Origin: Camelus dromedarius
Taxonomy: Eukaryota
Direction of reading: 5' to 3'
Assembly: GCF_036321535.1 (NCBI RefSeq)
Contig: NC_087436.1
Location: 114,392,001-114,456,000 of the forward strand
Length of the DNA stretch: 64,000 nt
Shown here piece after piece: positions 13,235-25,100 of this stretch. Position numbers and translations under genes: made by a program. Below the pieces are notes generated by a model that saw only the letters and a program-made list of their open reading frames with translations, was not told where the DNA came from and did not search any database. Each line of letters opens with the position of its first letter. The stretch's first letter is position 1.

Positions 13235-13745
13235 TACTCATTAGGGTTTTGTCAGTTAAAAATGGCAGAAAACCAATTTAAACTAGCTTCAACCATAAAG
13301 AAAGTTCTTGTTCCAAGTTGCTGAGCAGTCAGAGCAAAGGAAGTGTTCAGATACGGAGGTGAGATATGGAGGTTCAGATATGCCATCAGGAATCTCTCGA
13401 ATGTTCTGCTTTCCACTGTGGGGGTGTCATCCTCAGGAGGGTCTCTGCACAAAGCATGAGAGAGATCCACCAGCAGCTCCAGGCTTGGCCTTGCTCACAG
13501 ATACCATTCTGAGAGAAGAATGCTGCTCCTTAATCTGCCAGTGACCACAGCAAACTCAAGCAAAGACCATGACTGGCTCTTCTAGGGTCACATGGCCATC
13601 CCTGGACCAGTCGCTATGGCAACGAAGTCAGAGCCACATAATTGCCCATCCCACCAGAAATACATGGAGAGAGGAAGGAGAGTTCCCAGAAGGAAGAGAT
13701 ACCCTTCAGGCAGAGTATATACAAGAAGAACAAATAAACTACATG
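13235..13745 (-). mobile_element. Old MaLR LTR (MLT1J/K-like)
   Basis: gtcagttaaaaatggcagaaaaccaatttaaactagctt...ggtcacatggccatccctggaccagtc. Confidence 0.65.
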
Positions 13746-14365
13746 CTGTTGAAGCTTGATGTGAGGAAATAACTTTGAAAACTTGTTTTTTTTAAAAGAA
13801 AACTATTATGTTTGCAGATCCTGTGTTCCTCAGGGGCATAAGCCACTTCAGAAAAAAATTTCCTTTTTCAAAGAAAAAAATGTTTCTTTTTTCAGAATAC
13901 TTTAATAGGAATCAAGTCATTAATTCAAAAGAGAAGTGACAAGAAAGGGGAGCTTCTTACTGGGGACTGATGTAGAAAAGACCGAGGCACTGGGTCTGGG
14001 ATTGCAAAGAGACCACCTCACTGAAGCCTCAGAACCACCATCAGGAAAGATGAGAAAACCAGAGTCCAATTAGATAAGGCACCTGCCCAGGAACCCGGAA
14101 CTAGTAAGTGGCAGACCAGCTTTTACACCCTAAGTCCATTCTCTCAGGAAAACACTGTATTGTTTTCTTATTGTGACCAGCTGGCTGTATTTCCACCACA
14201 CAATTACATACATCATCTCATTTGATACTCACAACAGCCAGTAAGGAAAACAAGGCAGGCATAAATATTTGGCAATACCTCCTTGAGGTCAGTCCCTAGA
14301 GATATAATTGTAGGTCCAGCCATCGGGGAGGAGGACTTAAGAGCATCCACAGGGAATTCCTGGTA

Positions 14366-14679
14366 CAGCTGGCCCACCATATCCCTGTGTTCATTCACTG
14401 CAGGTGGAAAATATTAGGGAAAAAATTCCAGAAAGATCCAAAAGGCAAAACTTGAATTTGCCACATGCCAGAAACTATTTACATTGTATTTACAACTATG
14501 TACATAGTATTTACATTGTATTATAAGTAATCTAGAGATGATTTAAAGTATACCGAAGGATTCGAGTAGGTTATATGCAAATGCTATGCAATTTTTTATA
14601 AGGGACTTGAGCATTAGCCAATTTTGATATCCTCAGGGGGTCCTGGAACCTATCCCCCATAGAGATTAAGGGACAACTG
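14366..14679 (-). mobile_element. MER2/MER2B-like Tigger (TcMar) MITE
   Basis: TA TSDs at 14364-65 and 14680-81; termini cagctggccc / gggacaactg; diagnostic ataagtaatctagagatgatttaaagtata. Confidence 0.92.
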
Positions 14680-15139
14680 TATTTCTAAACATCACACCGG
14701 CCATTCAGGAGAGGGGACAGTGACATTCCTGGCTCCTCGCATCCTCCTGTGCCATCTCCCACGTAGAAGCAGCATGCTCCCAGTGCAGCTATCCTCACTC
14801 CAGACTCATCTCCCATAGACTCTCCCTGGGCGATGTCAAGGAGACTGAACCCAGCCCAGGGCTATTTGCATCTTTAAGCATACTAGTCCATCACAATCAG
14901 GAGAGTTCAAGCTGCCTATAAAACCAAACTAATTTGATCTACTTCGTATAATGACACTTGGTTCTTAAATTTTGTTTCCAGCAGTCAAGGAAGAAGTATT
15001 AGGCAATGAAAAGAATTTAGTCACTGAAATCAAATAGATGGTGGTTTGAATCCTGTCTAATATCATTTCCAGCACATAGTAGGTGTCGATGTTAAGGTCT
15101 TTCTCTTCCTCATCTGAACAGTTCAGTTCAAATGTAACT

Positions 15140-15350
15140 AGAAGCCAGAAAATTTGTATTCCAGCCCTTGTTCTGCCACTAATTTCCTCTGTGACCTTGT
15201 TAAGGTGATGTTGGCTCAATGTTGCTTGGTTTCCTCATTCTTCAGAGGAGAATAATAATGCCAGTCTAGCGTGCCTCCAGACTATTGTGGATATTAAATA
15301 AAGGAATGTTCACGGATTCATTGTGGAAAGTATTAAGAGCTATCCAAATA
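15140..15350 (+). mobile_element. MIR SINE
   Basis: tctgccactaatttcctctgtgaccttg...gtttcctcatt. Confidence 0.7.
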
Positions 15351-16570
15351 TTAGGGATCACATTGGGCCGTAGCCGTCATCAGTAATCTCCGGGACGGCA
15401 TTTAGGGAGCAAGAACGCTGGCAGGAAGAATGCAAAGTGGCTGTTTCTTTTTGCAAGGTCACTGCTGTGCTACAGGCATTGACAAGCCAGGCGAACATGA
15501 GGGTCAAATACTAGGGAAATCCTTCACACAGCAGAAGATGTTTGTCAGCAGAGCCTGAGCAGAATGCCAAGTCACAGACTGTTCCCTAAAAGCACAGTTA
15601 ACTCCCTGATCAACATTTTGAAGCAATTTTAAAAAGTCATTGTGAACCAGAGTGCTCCTGGAAGTTCAGACTCAGAAGACCACCTCAGAAGTCCTAAGTC
15701 CAAAGTCCTAGGTCCAAAGGCTTCATTTTTCCTGTTGAGGAAACTGAGATTCACACAGCTAGTTGCAAATCCACATTTCTTTCTACTGTGCCAGATATTT
15801 CCTTATGATATCAATCAGGAAGAGAAATTCTCAAAATCCCCAAACACCTCATTTAAGGAGAGTTGTTACCACACATAGCCCTTCAAAACCCTTCAAAACC
15901 TGGACCCCAGAGGGTCTGAACCTCCACAGGACTTGGAAATCAGGAAGAAACAGGGGCAGGGAATCGGAGCCCCGTGGACAGCATAATCAGCGTGGGATTT
16001 GAGGCACTTCAGATGAAAGTGAGCACAGAAATGCCTGACTTTTCATGAAATTACTGTAAGGAATAAAGGATTTCACATTATATTACAGCTTGTGAGCTTT
16101 CCATTAAATTTCAAAGCTGCCCTGTTTAGTTAAAAGAGTTTGGGCTTCTCTGAAATGACTAACTCCAGAGTTTTAACTTTTCTGTGGTAATTTTAATGCG
16201 ACCCCATAAATGTTTTCCCTCAGGCCAGAAACAGGGTTTCGTCTCAGAAGAGGCACCACCAGAACGAGGGTGCCTCAGCGTATGAGTCTTGTGACTCCGT
16301 AAGGAGGTGGGAAGCCTCTGTTTCTATATTTGTTGGAACACTGTGATCTTGTTAGAATCCTAAGAGAGCTGTGCTCACCGAACAAAGGTCTCTCAACAGA
16401 GGGCACACTTGTAAACACATGTGCACACACTAGTGTGAGCTCGGAGCTGAGCCGCCTCTTCCTACCTGCAAAGCGAACACTTAAAGCAGCTCCTAACCAG
16501 TCTCAGGCCTGACCAACAGTTAGAAATCATACCCCAAGCTTTCCTAAATGAAGCGCCCTTTGATACCTTC

Positions 16571-17419
16571 TGTTATAACTTGAATTGTGAAATAATGCCA
16601 TTTGCAGCAACATGGATGGACCTGGAGATCGTCATACTAAGTGAAGTCAGTCAGAAAGAGAAAGAAAAACATCATATGATATCACTTACATGTGGAATTA
16701 AAAAAAAAGAAAGGACACAAATGAACTTATTTACAAAACAGAGGCAGACTCACAGACATAGAAAACAAACTTATGGTTACCGGGGGGAAAGGGAATGGAG
16801 AGGGATAAATTAGGAGTTCAAGATTTGTAGATGCTAATTACTGTATATAAAATTGATAAACATCAAGGTCCTACTGTAGAGCACAGGGAACTATATTCAA
16901 TATCTTGTAATAGCTTGTAACAAAAAAAATGAAAAGGAATGTATATATACATATATGTATGTGAGTCACTCTGCAGTACACCAGAAATTAACACATCGTA
17001 AATCGACGATACTTCAGGAAAAAAATTAATTAAATAAATAATAATTTGAATTGTGTCCCTCCCCCTAACATAAGTTGGAACCCTAACCCCAGTGCCTTAC
17101 AATGTGGCCTTATTTGGAGATAGTTTCTTAATAAGAAGAGGAGACACACACACACACAGGGAAAGTACCACGGGACGAAGGAGGCAGAGACTGGAGGAAG
17201 GCATCCACAAGCTAGCGAACCTCAAGGATGACCAGAAACCCCAGAAGCCAAGAGAAATGCTTGAACAGCCTCTCCCCTGGAGCCTCCAGAGAGAGCGCCC
17301 CGCTGACACCATGACCTTGGACTTCTAGCCTTCAGAACTGTGGGGGAATAAGTTTCTATCATTTGAAGTCACCTACTTTGTGGTGCTTTGTTGTAACAGC
17401 CCTAGAAAACTAGAAAACA
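16571..17419 (+). mobile_element. MLT1C-like solo LTR interrupted by L1 (16571-16589 + 17056-17419)
   Basis: tgttataacttgaattgtg|tccc...aatgtggccttatttggagatag...acagccctagaaaactagaaaaca. Confidence 0.85.
16590..17040 (+). mobile_element. 5'-truncated L1 (ORF2 C-terminus plus 3'UTR) inserted near the start of an MLT1 LTR
   Basis: Encodes EIMPFAATWMDLEIVILSEVSQKEKEKHHMISLTCGI; 15-bp TSD ataacttgaattgtg (16575-16589) / ataatttgaattgtg (17041-17055). Confidence 0.93.
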
Positions 17420-18095
17420 TGTTCCCGCTCCAAGGAGGACAAAATCCCAGGTGTGGGACAAGGAAATCCAGAGAGAAAGGAACACGCAGCAACTCGGCTG
17501 GGTTCAGGGCCTCCTGTGCCTGGCGGGCTGGGAGCTCAAACTCATTTGAAAAATGATCTCTCCTGTCCTGCGGCGGGGGAGGAAGAGCAGAGCCGGAAGG
17601 CCCCCTCTGTTGCTGACCTGGCATCATAAAAATAATTAGCAAATTGCCACAAGGTGCTTCCGGAAGGTGATTCAGACGTCACTGCCGTTCAGCCTGAAAG
17701 GGCACCCAAGCAGCCAGCCCACCTGCTAATGCATCGCTTTCAGAGGAAGCGGCCGTGTTTACGAGCAGATATTACTCTAAATTGTTCTCCACAGCACAGA
17801 ACGTTGCTTCGACACCGGGGACACCCACACTGGGCTCACAGAGAACATCCTGAGGTGTGGGATGAAGGTCACCTATGGTCCTTGTGAGTGGATGTGACAG
17901 CTCCAACCGGGTTCCAAAGCGGAAGGGCAGCCTGTTGGCCGCCCAGGACCAGGAAGCTCCATCATGCAGATTCCCAGAAATGGGCCATGGTCCAGGAAGC
18001 TCAGGGGGTAGGATGCAGACTTATAGTCAGAGACCACAGCACTTCCTAGGCCTGTAAGCACCTAGAAAAGGAAAACCTAAAGGTGCCTTGCTCTA

Positions 18096-18211
18096 GGGGG
18101 AGGGTATAGCTCAGTGGTAAAGTGCATGCCTGGCATGCACAAAGTCTTGGGTTCAATTCCCCAATACTGCCACTTAAGATAAATAAACTTAATTACCTCC
18201 CCCCCAAAAAA
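18096..18211 (+). mobile_element. tRNA-derived SINE (camelid vic-1-like)
   Basis: A box tagctcagtgg, B box ggttcaattccc, 3' aattacctccccc + A tail; 12-bp TSD tgccttgctcta (18084-18095 / 18212-18223). Confidence 0.88.
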
Positions 18212-18373
18212 TGCCTTGCTCTAAGTGCATTTAGTAATGTGTTCTCAAACTCAATCTCCAGCTCCGCATCCAGTTGCAGTAATGAAGGCTCTCACCTCTC
18301 ACTCCTCAGTTTAAACCCAGACATGCTTTATTTTATGTGTATGTGTAAGAGATCGTCTCAAGGCTATCACTTT

Positions 18374-18473
18374 GTAAATTTTTTTAATCGAAGTATAGTA
18401 AGTTTACAATGTTGTGTTAATTTCTGGTGTACAGCATAGTGATTCAGATAAATACACACACACACACATATAT
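18374..18473 (-). mobile_element. Very short (~100 bp) L1 3' tip
   Basis: Reverse of the L1 end seen at 6650-6720; 18-bp TSD tctcaaggct(a/g)tcacttt (18356-18373 / 18474-18491). Confidence 0.88.
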
Positions 18474-18609
18474 TCTCAAGGCTGTCACTTTAATTTTAAT
18501 TTTCTGTTATTCATTGAGAAGATAAATGTTGACCTTTGAACGTGGAAACAACAGAGCCAGGCGGGTAGGGTAAGTGATGGTTTTTGCCACCATTTGTTAC
18601 TCCCTGACA

Positions 18610-18830
18610 TTCCAGACACCATGCTGACCTCCTCAGGTGCATTATGCCTTTTTAAATCCTTGTCCAAGCCTATGAATCAGAACCTATGATTATCCCTGAG
18701 TCACAGATGAGGAAACTGAGGCACAGGTGATTTCCATGAATTATCCATCCAGCATCCCACAAGTTAGGGCAAAGGTCTGTTTGCCATCAAAGTCTGTGCT
18801 TTATATACTGTCTCATCATTGCAATGGAGA
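18610..18830 (-). mobile_element. MIR SINE
   Basis: acagatgaggaaactgaggcacag. Confidence 0.75.
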
Positions 18831-21009
18831 ACAATTCCAAAAACTGGGTCCAATTTGTAACTGCAACACTGTTGAGTCTCCTGGGACCTCAGGAGCATTC
18901 TCTCTACCTTTCCGAGAGCAGGTAAATACTCATAAACTGTAAAGTGCCATCTTCAGTGAGAAAGCTTCTCTTTGCCTTCTCTGGCAATGCTTTGCAAGTG
19001 CCCAGCAGGCACTTTTTCTGCTTCAGGAGGATTTTGAGCAAAGCCAGTGTGGGGAGAGGAGGAGGTGGGGAGGGATCAACATACTGCGGGCAGCAGGAGC
19101 AAGCGACTGGATTTTAGGATGACATTGACTACAGGAGAAAAGGCACAGAATGAAGCGGCTTCTCCACTGGTGCGGGAACAGGAGAAGAGTGAAGGAAGTC
19201 TCTAGACAAATATGGTAATTAAATCAACATTATCAGAGTACAGAACCATCCTTTTCTCCTTTGTGAGTGTCTCTGACCCACAGAGGGAGAAATCAATTGA
19301 GAGCTTTGAGCAAAAAGCAACCCATGCAGGATTGTTGATCTCCCTTTTCCCCCTTGGGATATAAACTATCTCCCTTGCCTGCTTTTTAAATCAAAAACCG
19401 GGAATTTCATTCCACAAGTGGTTAAATTCTGGTACAGCCACAGATTGGAGTAGCAAGCCCTCTTTAAGGGCATATTTTCCAGAATATCTAAGGCCATGAG
19501 ACAATGCTAATGAGAGTTAAACACAAAAGTCAAGATCCCAATGTGCCTCAACAATAGAATCCTATTTCTTTAGAATATATGTAATTTCTGTTGACTTGAA
19601 TGGAAAAGAGACTGAAGGAAATACACAGGGGCTTGGCAGGTGGGGTGCTGCTGTCAGGCTGTATTGCTAAATTCTGGCTCCTTTAACCACGTCTCCCTTC
19701 CTTGAGAACAGACAGGGCGCCAGGGCACTTTGAAGTTTTCTATAGTTGAGAACATGTTTTACAAGGGCCATATATCTATTTTACAACAAAATAAAATAAT
19801 CAATATTTTAAATACTTTTGGAAAATACTAAATAAGAATATGGAACAGAGAAGCACAAATGCCAAGTTCCCACTCTGACTCTGCTTCTAATCCCTTCCCG
19901 AGCCTGTGCCCCAGCGTCGTCATCTGCAGGACACAGAGGCTGCCCTCAATATCTTCGGTTCAATGCTTCCATTATACATGTGGCCAGTTGGTGAATGTAG
20001 GAGAAAGCCAGAGAAGTGTGGAAGAAATGGAAGGGAGTCAAACAGAAGGAAGAGAAAGCTAAGAAGAGAGGAAACAGACATAGCAGAGGTGAACTCAGAT
20101 TTCTGAGATGAATGTTGATTTTAAGTTATGACCTACTGTTCATCAGGCCATTGTTTAAAAGCCACAGTCCTTTGAAACTTGGATTATTCACAGATCTTCA
20201 TCTGCTCTAATTGTTAAACCTCTGAACATCTCACAGAATGATTTCATCACTCAAGCCCACCAGGATGGAAATTAATCTCTGTGCTGAAGCAGAAGCTGCT
20301 AGAAGAATGTGATGACATCAAACTGAAATCCGGATCTGGTGCCTCGGGCTAGAAATGACTCACCCTTGAAATGAAGCAATTACTCAAGTTACCTGCCCAC
20401 CTCACCTTTAGCCTTGGCTTACCTGGAAAACAATTCAGTTAAAGGTGGTACTAATTAACTCCATTCCACCAAATTGCTCACATGTCCCTTCTCTCCAGAC
20501 CCCCCGGACACTAGAGACTTGGGGACAGAGCTTCCTCCCGTCTGAGGGCAACCAGGGCCTCGGTGTTCTCAGGAGAACCATGAGGGAAACACTCATTTTC
20601 ACTCTGCTGATGAAAATGTGATCTCCTTTTTCTGTCTTTGTCACGCCCTTCAAAGCATCCAGCTGTGTGAAACACAGAACACACTTGATGAATGCCTTAA
20701 CTCTGGGATGATCATATTTCAAGTGCAGAGAACTTCGTGAAATACCAGAGAACGTTAAACACAGGGAACAAGGTGGCAGGTCTTTAGTTAGAAGCTATAG
20801 AATGGCTAGACTGTTGTACCACTGGAAGGAAATTTGTAATTTCTTATGAGCACACACCACTTTAGAGTCTACAATCACATATAACCCTACGGTAGACAGG
20901 AAAGCGCTATTTTCCAAATTTAGAGGGCCATGCAGATTTCAGTATTACATTCAGGGATACCTAAGGCTGAGTACCCTCCTAATAAAATTTTGCTCATTTC
21001 TGCAGAGGC

Positions 21010-21180
21010 ATTGAGTAAAATGGTTGAGAAAGCAGGCACAGGGGCCAGGTGGCTTGGGTTCAAATTGTAACTCCCACACATACTAGTTACTTAACCACTC
21101 TGTGCCTCAGTTTTCTCAACTGGTAAATGGGGGCTGATTATGGTACCAGATAGGACCATCATGAAAACTGAAAAATGAAG
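21010..21180 (+). mobile_element. MIR SINE
   Basis: gttacttaaccactctgtgcctcagttttctcaactggtaaatgggg. Confidence 0.75.
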
Positions 21181-21269
21181 CTCTTTACCTAGTCCCTGAA
21201 ATTATTTAAGGGAAATGGAGTAATTGCCAACCCCCATTTGATTATAGAAGTGCTTATAATTTATCCCTC

Positions 21270-21905
21270 CACCTAATTCCTACAAATTTGAGGAAACTCA
21301 CAATAAAAAATAGGTATGCCTTGCATGCTAGTCAGTGTGTTTATTATTTACACCAGAAAGTACCTGAGCCCAAATGCCTTTCATCAGGCAAATGGACAAA
21401 TTGCAGTATAGTCACACCATGGACACTAATCAGCAATCAAGCTTTGAAAAAGAACGGCCACATGCCATAAGAAGAGTGAACTCACACAGGTGTGTTGTTA
21501 TACAGAGGAAGCTAGATGGAAACAAGGGCTGATGTCTGACTCCATTGAATGACAGTAGTTAGAAACGAGGCAAAAGTAATCAATAATGACCAACATCAAG
21601 ATTGTGGGTGCTGCTGTGCCCCCCATCCCAGTTTTTCCCAGGACTTTCCCAGTTCTAAGACAGAAAGTCCCACATCCCAGGAAATCCCTCAGCTCCGAGC
21701 AAAGTGTGACAACTGGTCACCCTGGTGATCACCCCAGAAGGGGAGGTTACAGCCTAGGAGGAGTCACAAGGGGAACTCCTGGGAGGCTGGAGATGGAAAC
21801 CTTGATCAGGAAGGAGGCTATGTGGCTGTGTACACATGTGGAAATTATCATGCTCGGCACCCAAGACTACAGCACTTGATGCACTTCACAGTATGTATAC
21901 AGTCT
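21270..21905 (+). mobile_element. Old L1 (L1ME-like) 3' fragment, interrupted by MER81
   Basis: cccaaatgcctttcatcaggcaaatggacaaattgcagtatagtcacaccatgga. Confidence 0.6.
21611..21724. mobile_element. MER81-like hAT-Blackjack MITE
   Basis: cccaggactttcccagttctaagacagaaagtcccacatcccaggaaatccctcag...actggtcaccctg. Confidence 0.8.
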
Positions 21906-22301
21906 CTGTCCTTACAAAGAGGCTCCTTCCATCCCAGGCTCCTTGCGGGTTAGTTCATCCACTCCCTGCTCTGTCTTCCCTCACTTCAGATCGTTCAACC
22001 CTAGGCCCTGGCACCCCGTATGTCCTCAAGGAAGGGAGACGTGGTTAAAGGAGCCAGAATTTAGCAATACAACCTGACAGCAGCACCCCACCTGCCAAAC
22101 CCCTGAGCCTACACCCCATCGAATCAGGGAACCCAGAGCCAATTCCTAAATGAGTCAACACTCACTCGCTCTTCCTCTTTCTCTCTGCTTTGGTCACCTG
22201 TTCACAGACCTGGTTTCCACCTCTATCACACCATCTGTTCGGCTCTCCCAAGCCAGCTTCACCTCTGGAAACTTCTGGAAAAAAACAGAAGTTGATCTCC
22301 A

Positions 22302-22933
22302 CCATATGACCCAGGAATCCCACTCCTAGGCATATATCCAGAAGGAACCCTACTTCAGGAGGACACCTGCACCCCAATGTTCATAGCAGCACTATTTACA
22401 ATAGCCAAGACATGGAGACAGCCTAAATGTCCATCAACAGATGACTGGATAAAGAAGATGTGGTATATTTATACAGTGGAATACTACTCCGCCGTAAAAA
22501 CCGACAACATAAAGCCATTTGCAGCAATATGGATGCTCCTGGAGAATGTCATTCTAAGTGAAGTAAGCCAGAAAGAGAAAGAAAAATACCATATAAGATT
22601 GCTCATATGTGGAATCTAAAAAAAAAAAAAAAAAAAGAAAACCAAACAAATCATAAATACAAAACAAACAGACTCATAGACATAGAATACAAACTTGTGG
22701 TTGCCAAGGGGGCGGAGGGTGGGAAGGGATAGACGGGGTTTCAAAATAGTAGAATAGATAAACAAGATTATACTGTATAGCACAGGGAAATATACACAAG
22801 ATCTTGTGGTAGCTCACGGAGGAAAAAATGTGACAATGAATATATATATGTTCATGTATAACTGAAAAATTGTGCTCTACACTGGAATTTAACACGACAT
22901 TGTAAAATGATTATAAATCAATAAAAAAGAAAA
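22302..22933 (+). mobile_element. Young lineage-specific 5'-truncated L1 with open ORF2 C-terminus
   Basis: Uninterrupted frame 22302-22619 (PYDPGIPLLGIYP...MFIAALFTIAKTWRQPKCPSTDDWIKKMWYIYT...ICGI*); AATAAA and A tail; perfect 15-bp TSD agaagttgatctcca (22287-22301 / 22934-22948). Confidence 0.95.
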
Positions 22934-23514
22934 AGAAGTTGATCTCCAGACCCAATGTGCCTTAACATTCCCAGCACCAGCACTGTCACTGCTTCCACTA
23001 CTAGAGAAATTTCCTGGTGGCCTTGAGAATCCAGCCCCCTATCTGCCGTCTTCCTGCAAAAGAATTAGGGCAGCAGAGATTAGCAAATATTTGGCATACT
23101 TTCTCCAATCCCCCTTACTACACCCTCAACAGACATCACTAGTCAATGCTGATCCTCCTCTTTGGGCATGGATGAGGTCTTGGAATCCTGATTAGCCAAG
23201 TCCTTCATGTGTGATTCATGGATAAGAGAAACCCACACTCGGTTCCAAGTTCACAGAAAGACTTAATTAGTTTTGTGCTTGGCCAGAGAAGCCAAAGGCA
23301 TAGATGGTGCATGTAATCCGGTCTATCTGCTACTCAGAGGTGGCCTGGCCTGCCCAAGTACATTAAATGAAAATTTGGCCCCTCCTCTAATTAATAGGCC
23401 TGATCGGGGGAGGTTTGTGATCCTGAGATCCTGACCACTCCAAGTCTGATCTACTCCACTGCTCAGTGCATGTTAACTTACCAGTGGGACAGTGGCAGTA
23501 TAGTCCTTCTCCTT

Positions 23515-23680
23515 TGCTTTTTAAAATTATTTATATTATTTTTATTGATGGGCTGATACCAATAAAACGCACCCATCTCGGGTGTCCAATTTGATGAGTT
23601 TTGCCAGTTGTGCACCCCCTAAGCACTCTCCACCCAGAACAAAGCACAGAACATTTTTCATCCTCTCTAAAGTTTTCTTA
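23515..23680 (-). mobile_element. Old L1 3' tip (L1MC/ME-like)
   Basis: aataaaacgcacccatctcgggtgtccaatttgatgagttttg...cagaacatttttcatc. Confidence 0.6.
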
Positions 23681-24567
23681 CTAGTGAGACATTTCTCATC
23701 CTGGTGAAAAGCCAGCAAAAAGTTATGTTTCCTTTATGCGGATGGGGTCAGATTCCTAGCTGGCTTGTTAAATTGCACTCTTGCAAGGGACTTCTCCAAC
23801 TCCAGCTAAACCTCCAACAGTGCCTTATAATTTTCTATCTGAAACAAAGAAAACTCCATTTCGTTTCTGTCCCTGAACTATTGAGTTTTATCTCCCCAGG
23901 CTTCGTTGACCTTCTAAAGTTTTTTTTATATGTTTTCTTATATCCCGGTTCCTCCACTTATCTTATTTATTGAAGTACCAGTTTTTCAAAATAGACTGTG
24001 TAAGTCCTTTTACAGCGTCGGACTGCAATCTTACATATTAGGTATCTGGTGGGAGGGCTGTAAACTCAGGAGATCGTGGTAGGCGTGGTGCTTGGGACTT
24101 GCTGTCATATTTTTCGTGTCTCGCTCCCCATCATGTCACACATTATTAGAGTCTATGACTTAAAATCCATCTGGTTCTCAACCTGTGGGATATGTAATGT
24201 GCTCCACATAACCTCTCCACACTACCCCAAATTTTTATCAAATTTATCAACCCCAGAGAAAGGAAAAGTGTTTGTTGGAAATGCAGTGAGGAGTTATGAA
24301 CGGGCTCCCACTATTAATAAGGCAGAGTCATTTTGCCAGATGATGAAGGACGTGCCAGGTTCTGCTGTCCCAGATATTTGTCAGTCTCCGTACCTAAGCA
24401 AGTTAAAAATGAAACATTTCCAGATATTCCCATGCACTAGGCAGCAGTGACCTCGACAGCATAAATGTGAAAGACGTCCAACCTGACTCAGCAGAAGGGA
24501 GGCAGACGTCGGTAAAAGTATGAAGGAAAGAGCCATGAAGTCTTCTCCCTGCTGCTTCTTCCCCCCA

Positions 24568-25100
24568 CTGCAGTGACGTTGTTCAGATCCTCATTGCTTC
24601 TTGCCTGGGCTATTTCAACAGCCTCCTAACTGGTCCCCTGCCACCAGTGTCTCCCTCCCTCCACTCTCTACACCATTGACAGTGTGAGCTTTCTCATTCT
24701 CCAATCAGTCAGCTTCCTATGTAATTCTGCAATGTTCCCCATGCCTGCAGAATGATGCCCGCACTCCAACATGCTGGCCAAGGATCTCCATGGAGTGACT
24801 TACCTCTCCCCTAGCTCCTCTGTACCACCCCTACTTACACATTCATGTGTTCCCTTCTGCCCTTCTAACAGACCATGCCCCAGACAACTCAGAATCTCCC
24901 AGATCCCCTTACGTTTGCAGCTGCTTTGTGCTCTGCCTGAAATATGTTTTACTCTCTCTTCTCCTAGTTAATTCTGTATCATCCTGAATTAGCTTAGATG
25001 CCATGTCTTCCAGAACTCTTCCCAAACACTGCTGAATAGCGTGTGTCTCCTCCTCTGCACCCCTGTAGCCCTCTGTCATAGCTTCTTTAGAGCTTCTGCC
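24568..25100 (+). mobile_element. L2 fragment
   Basis: cttgcctgggctatttcaacagcctcctaactggtcccctgcc. Confidence 0.72.

Noticed and set aside
18096..18170. tRNA gene (also 52058-52130)
   Set aside because: The tRNA-like head is followed by a SINE tail and flanked by TSDs; no proper acceptor stem.
22377..22619. Host protein-coding gene (also 16580-16813 and 48738-48974)
   Set aside because: Translations are L1 ORF2 C-terminal remnants in 5'-truncated copies.
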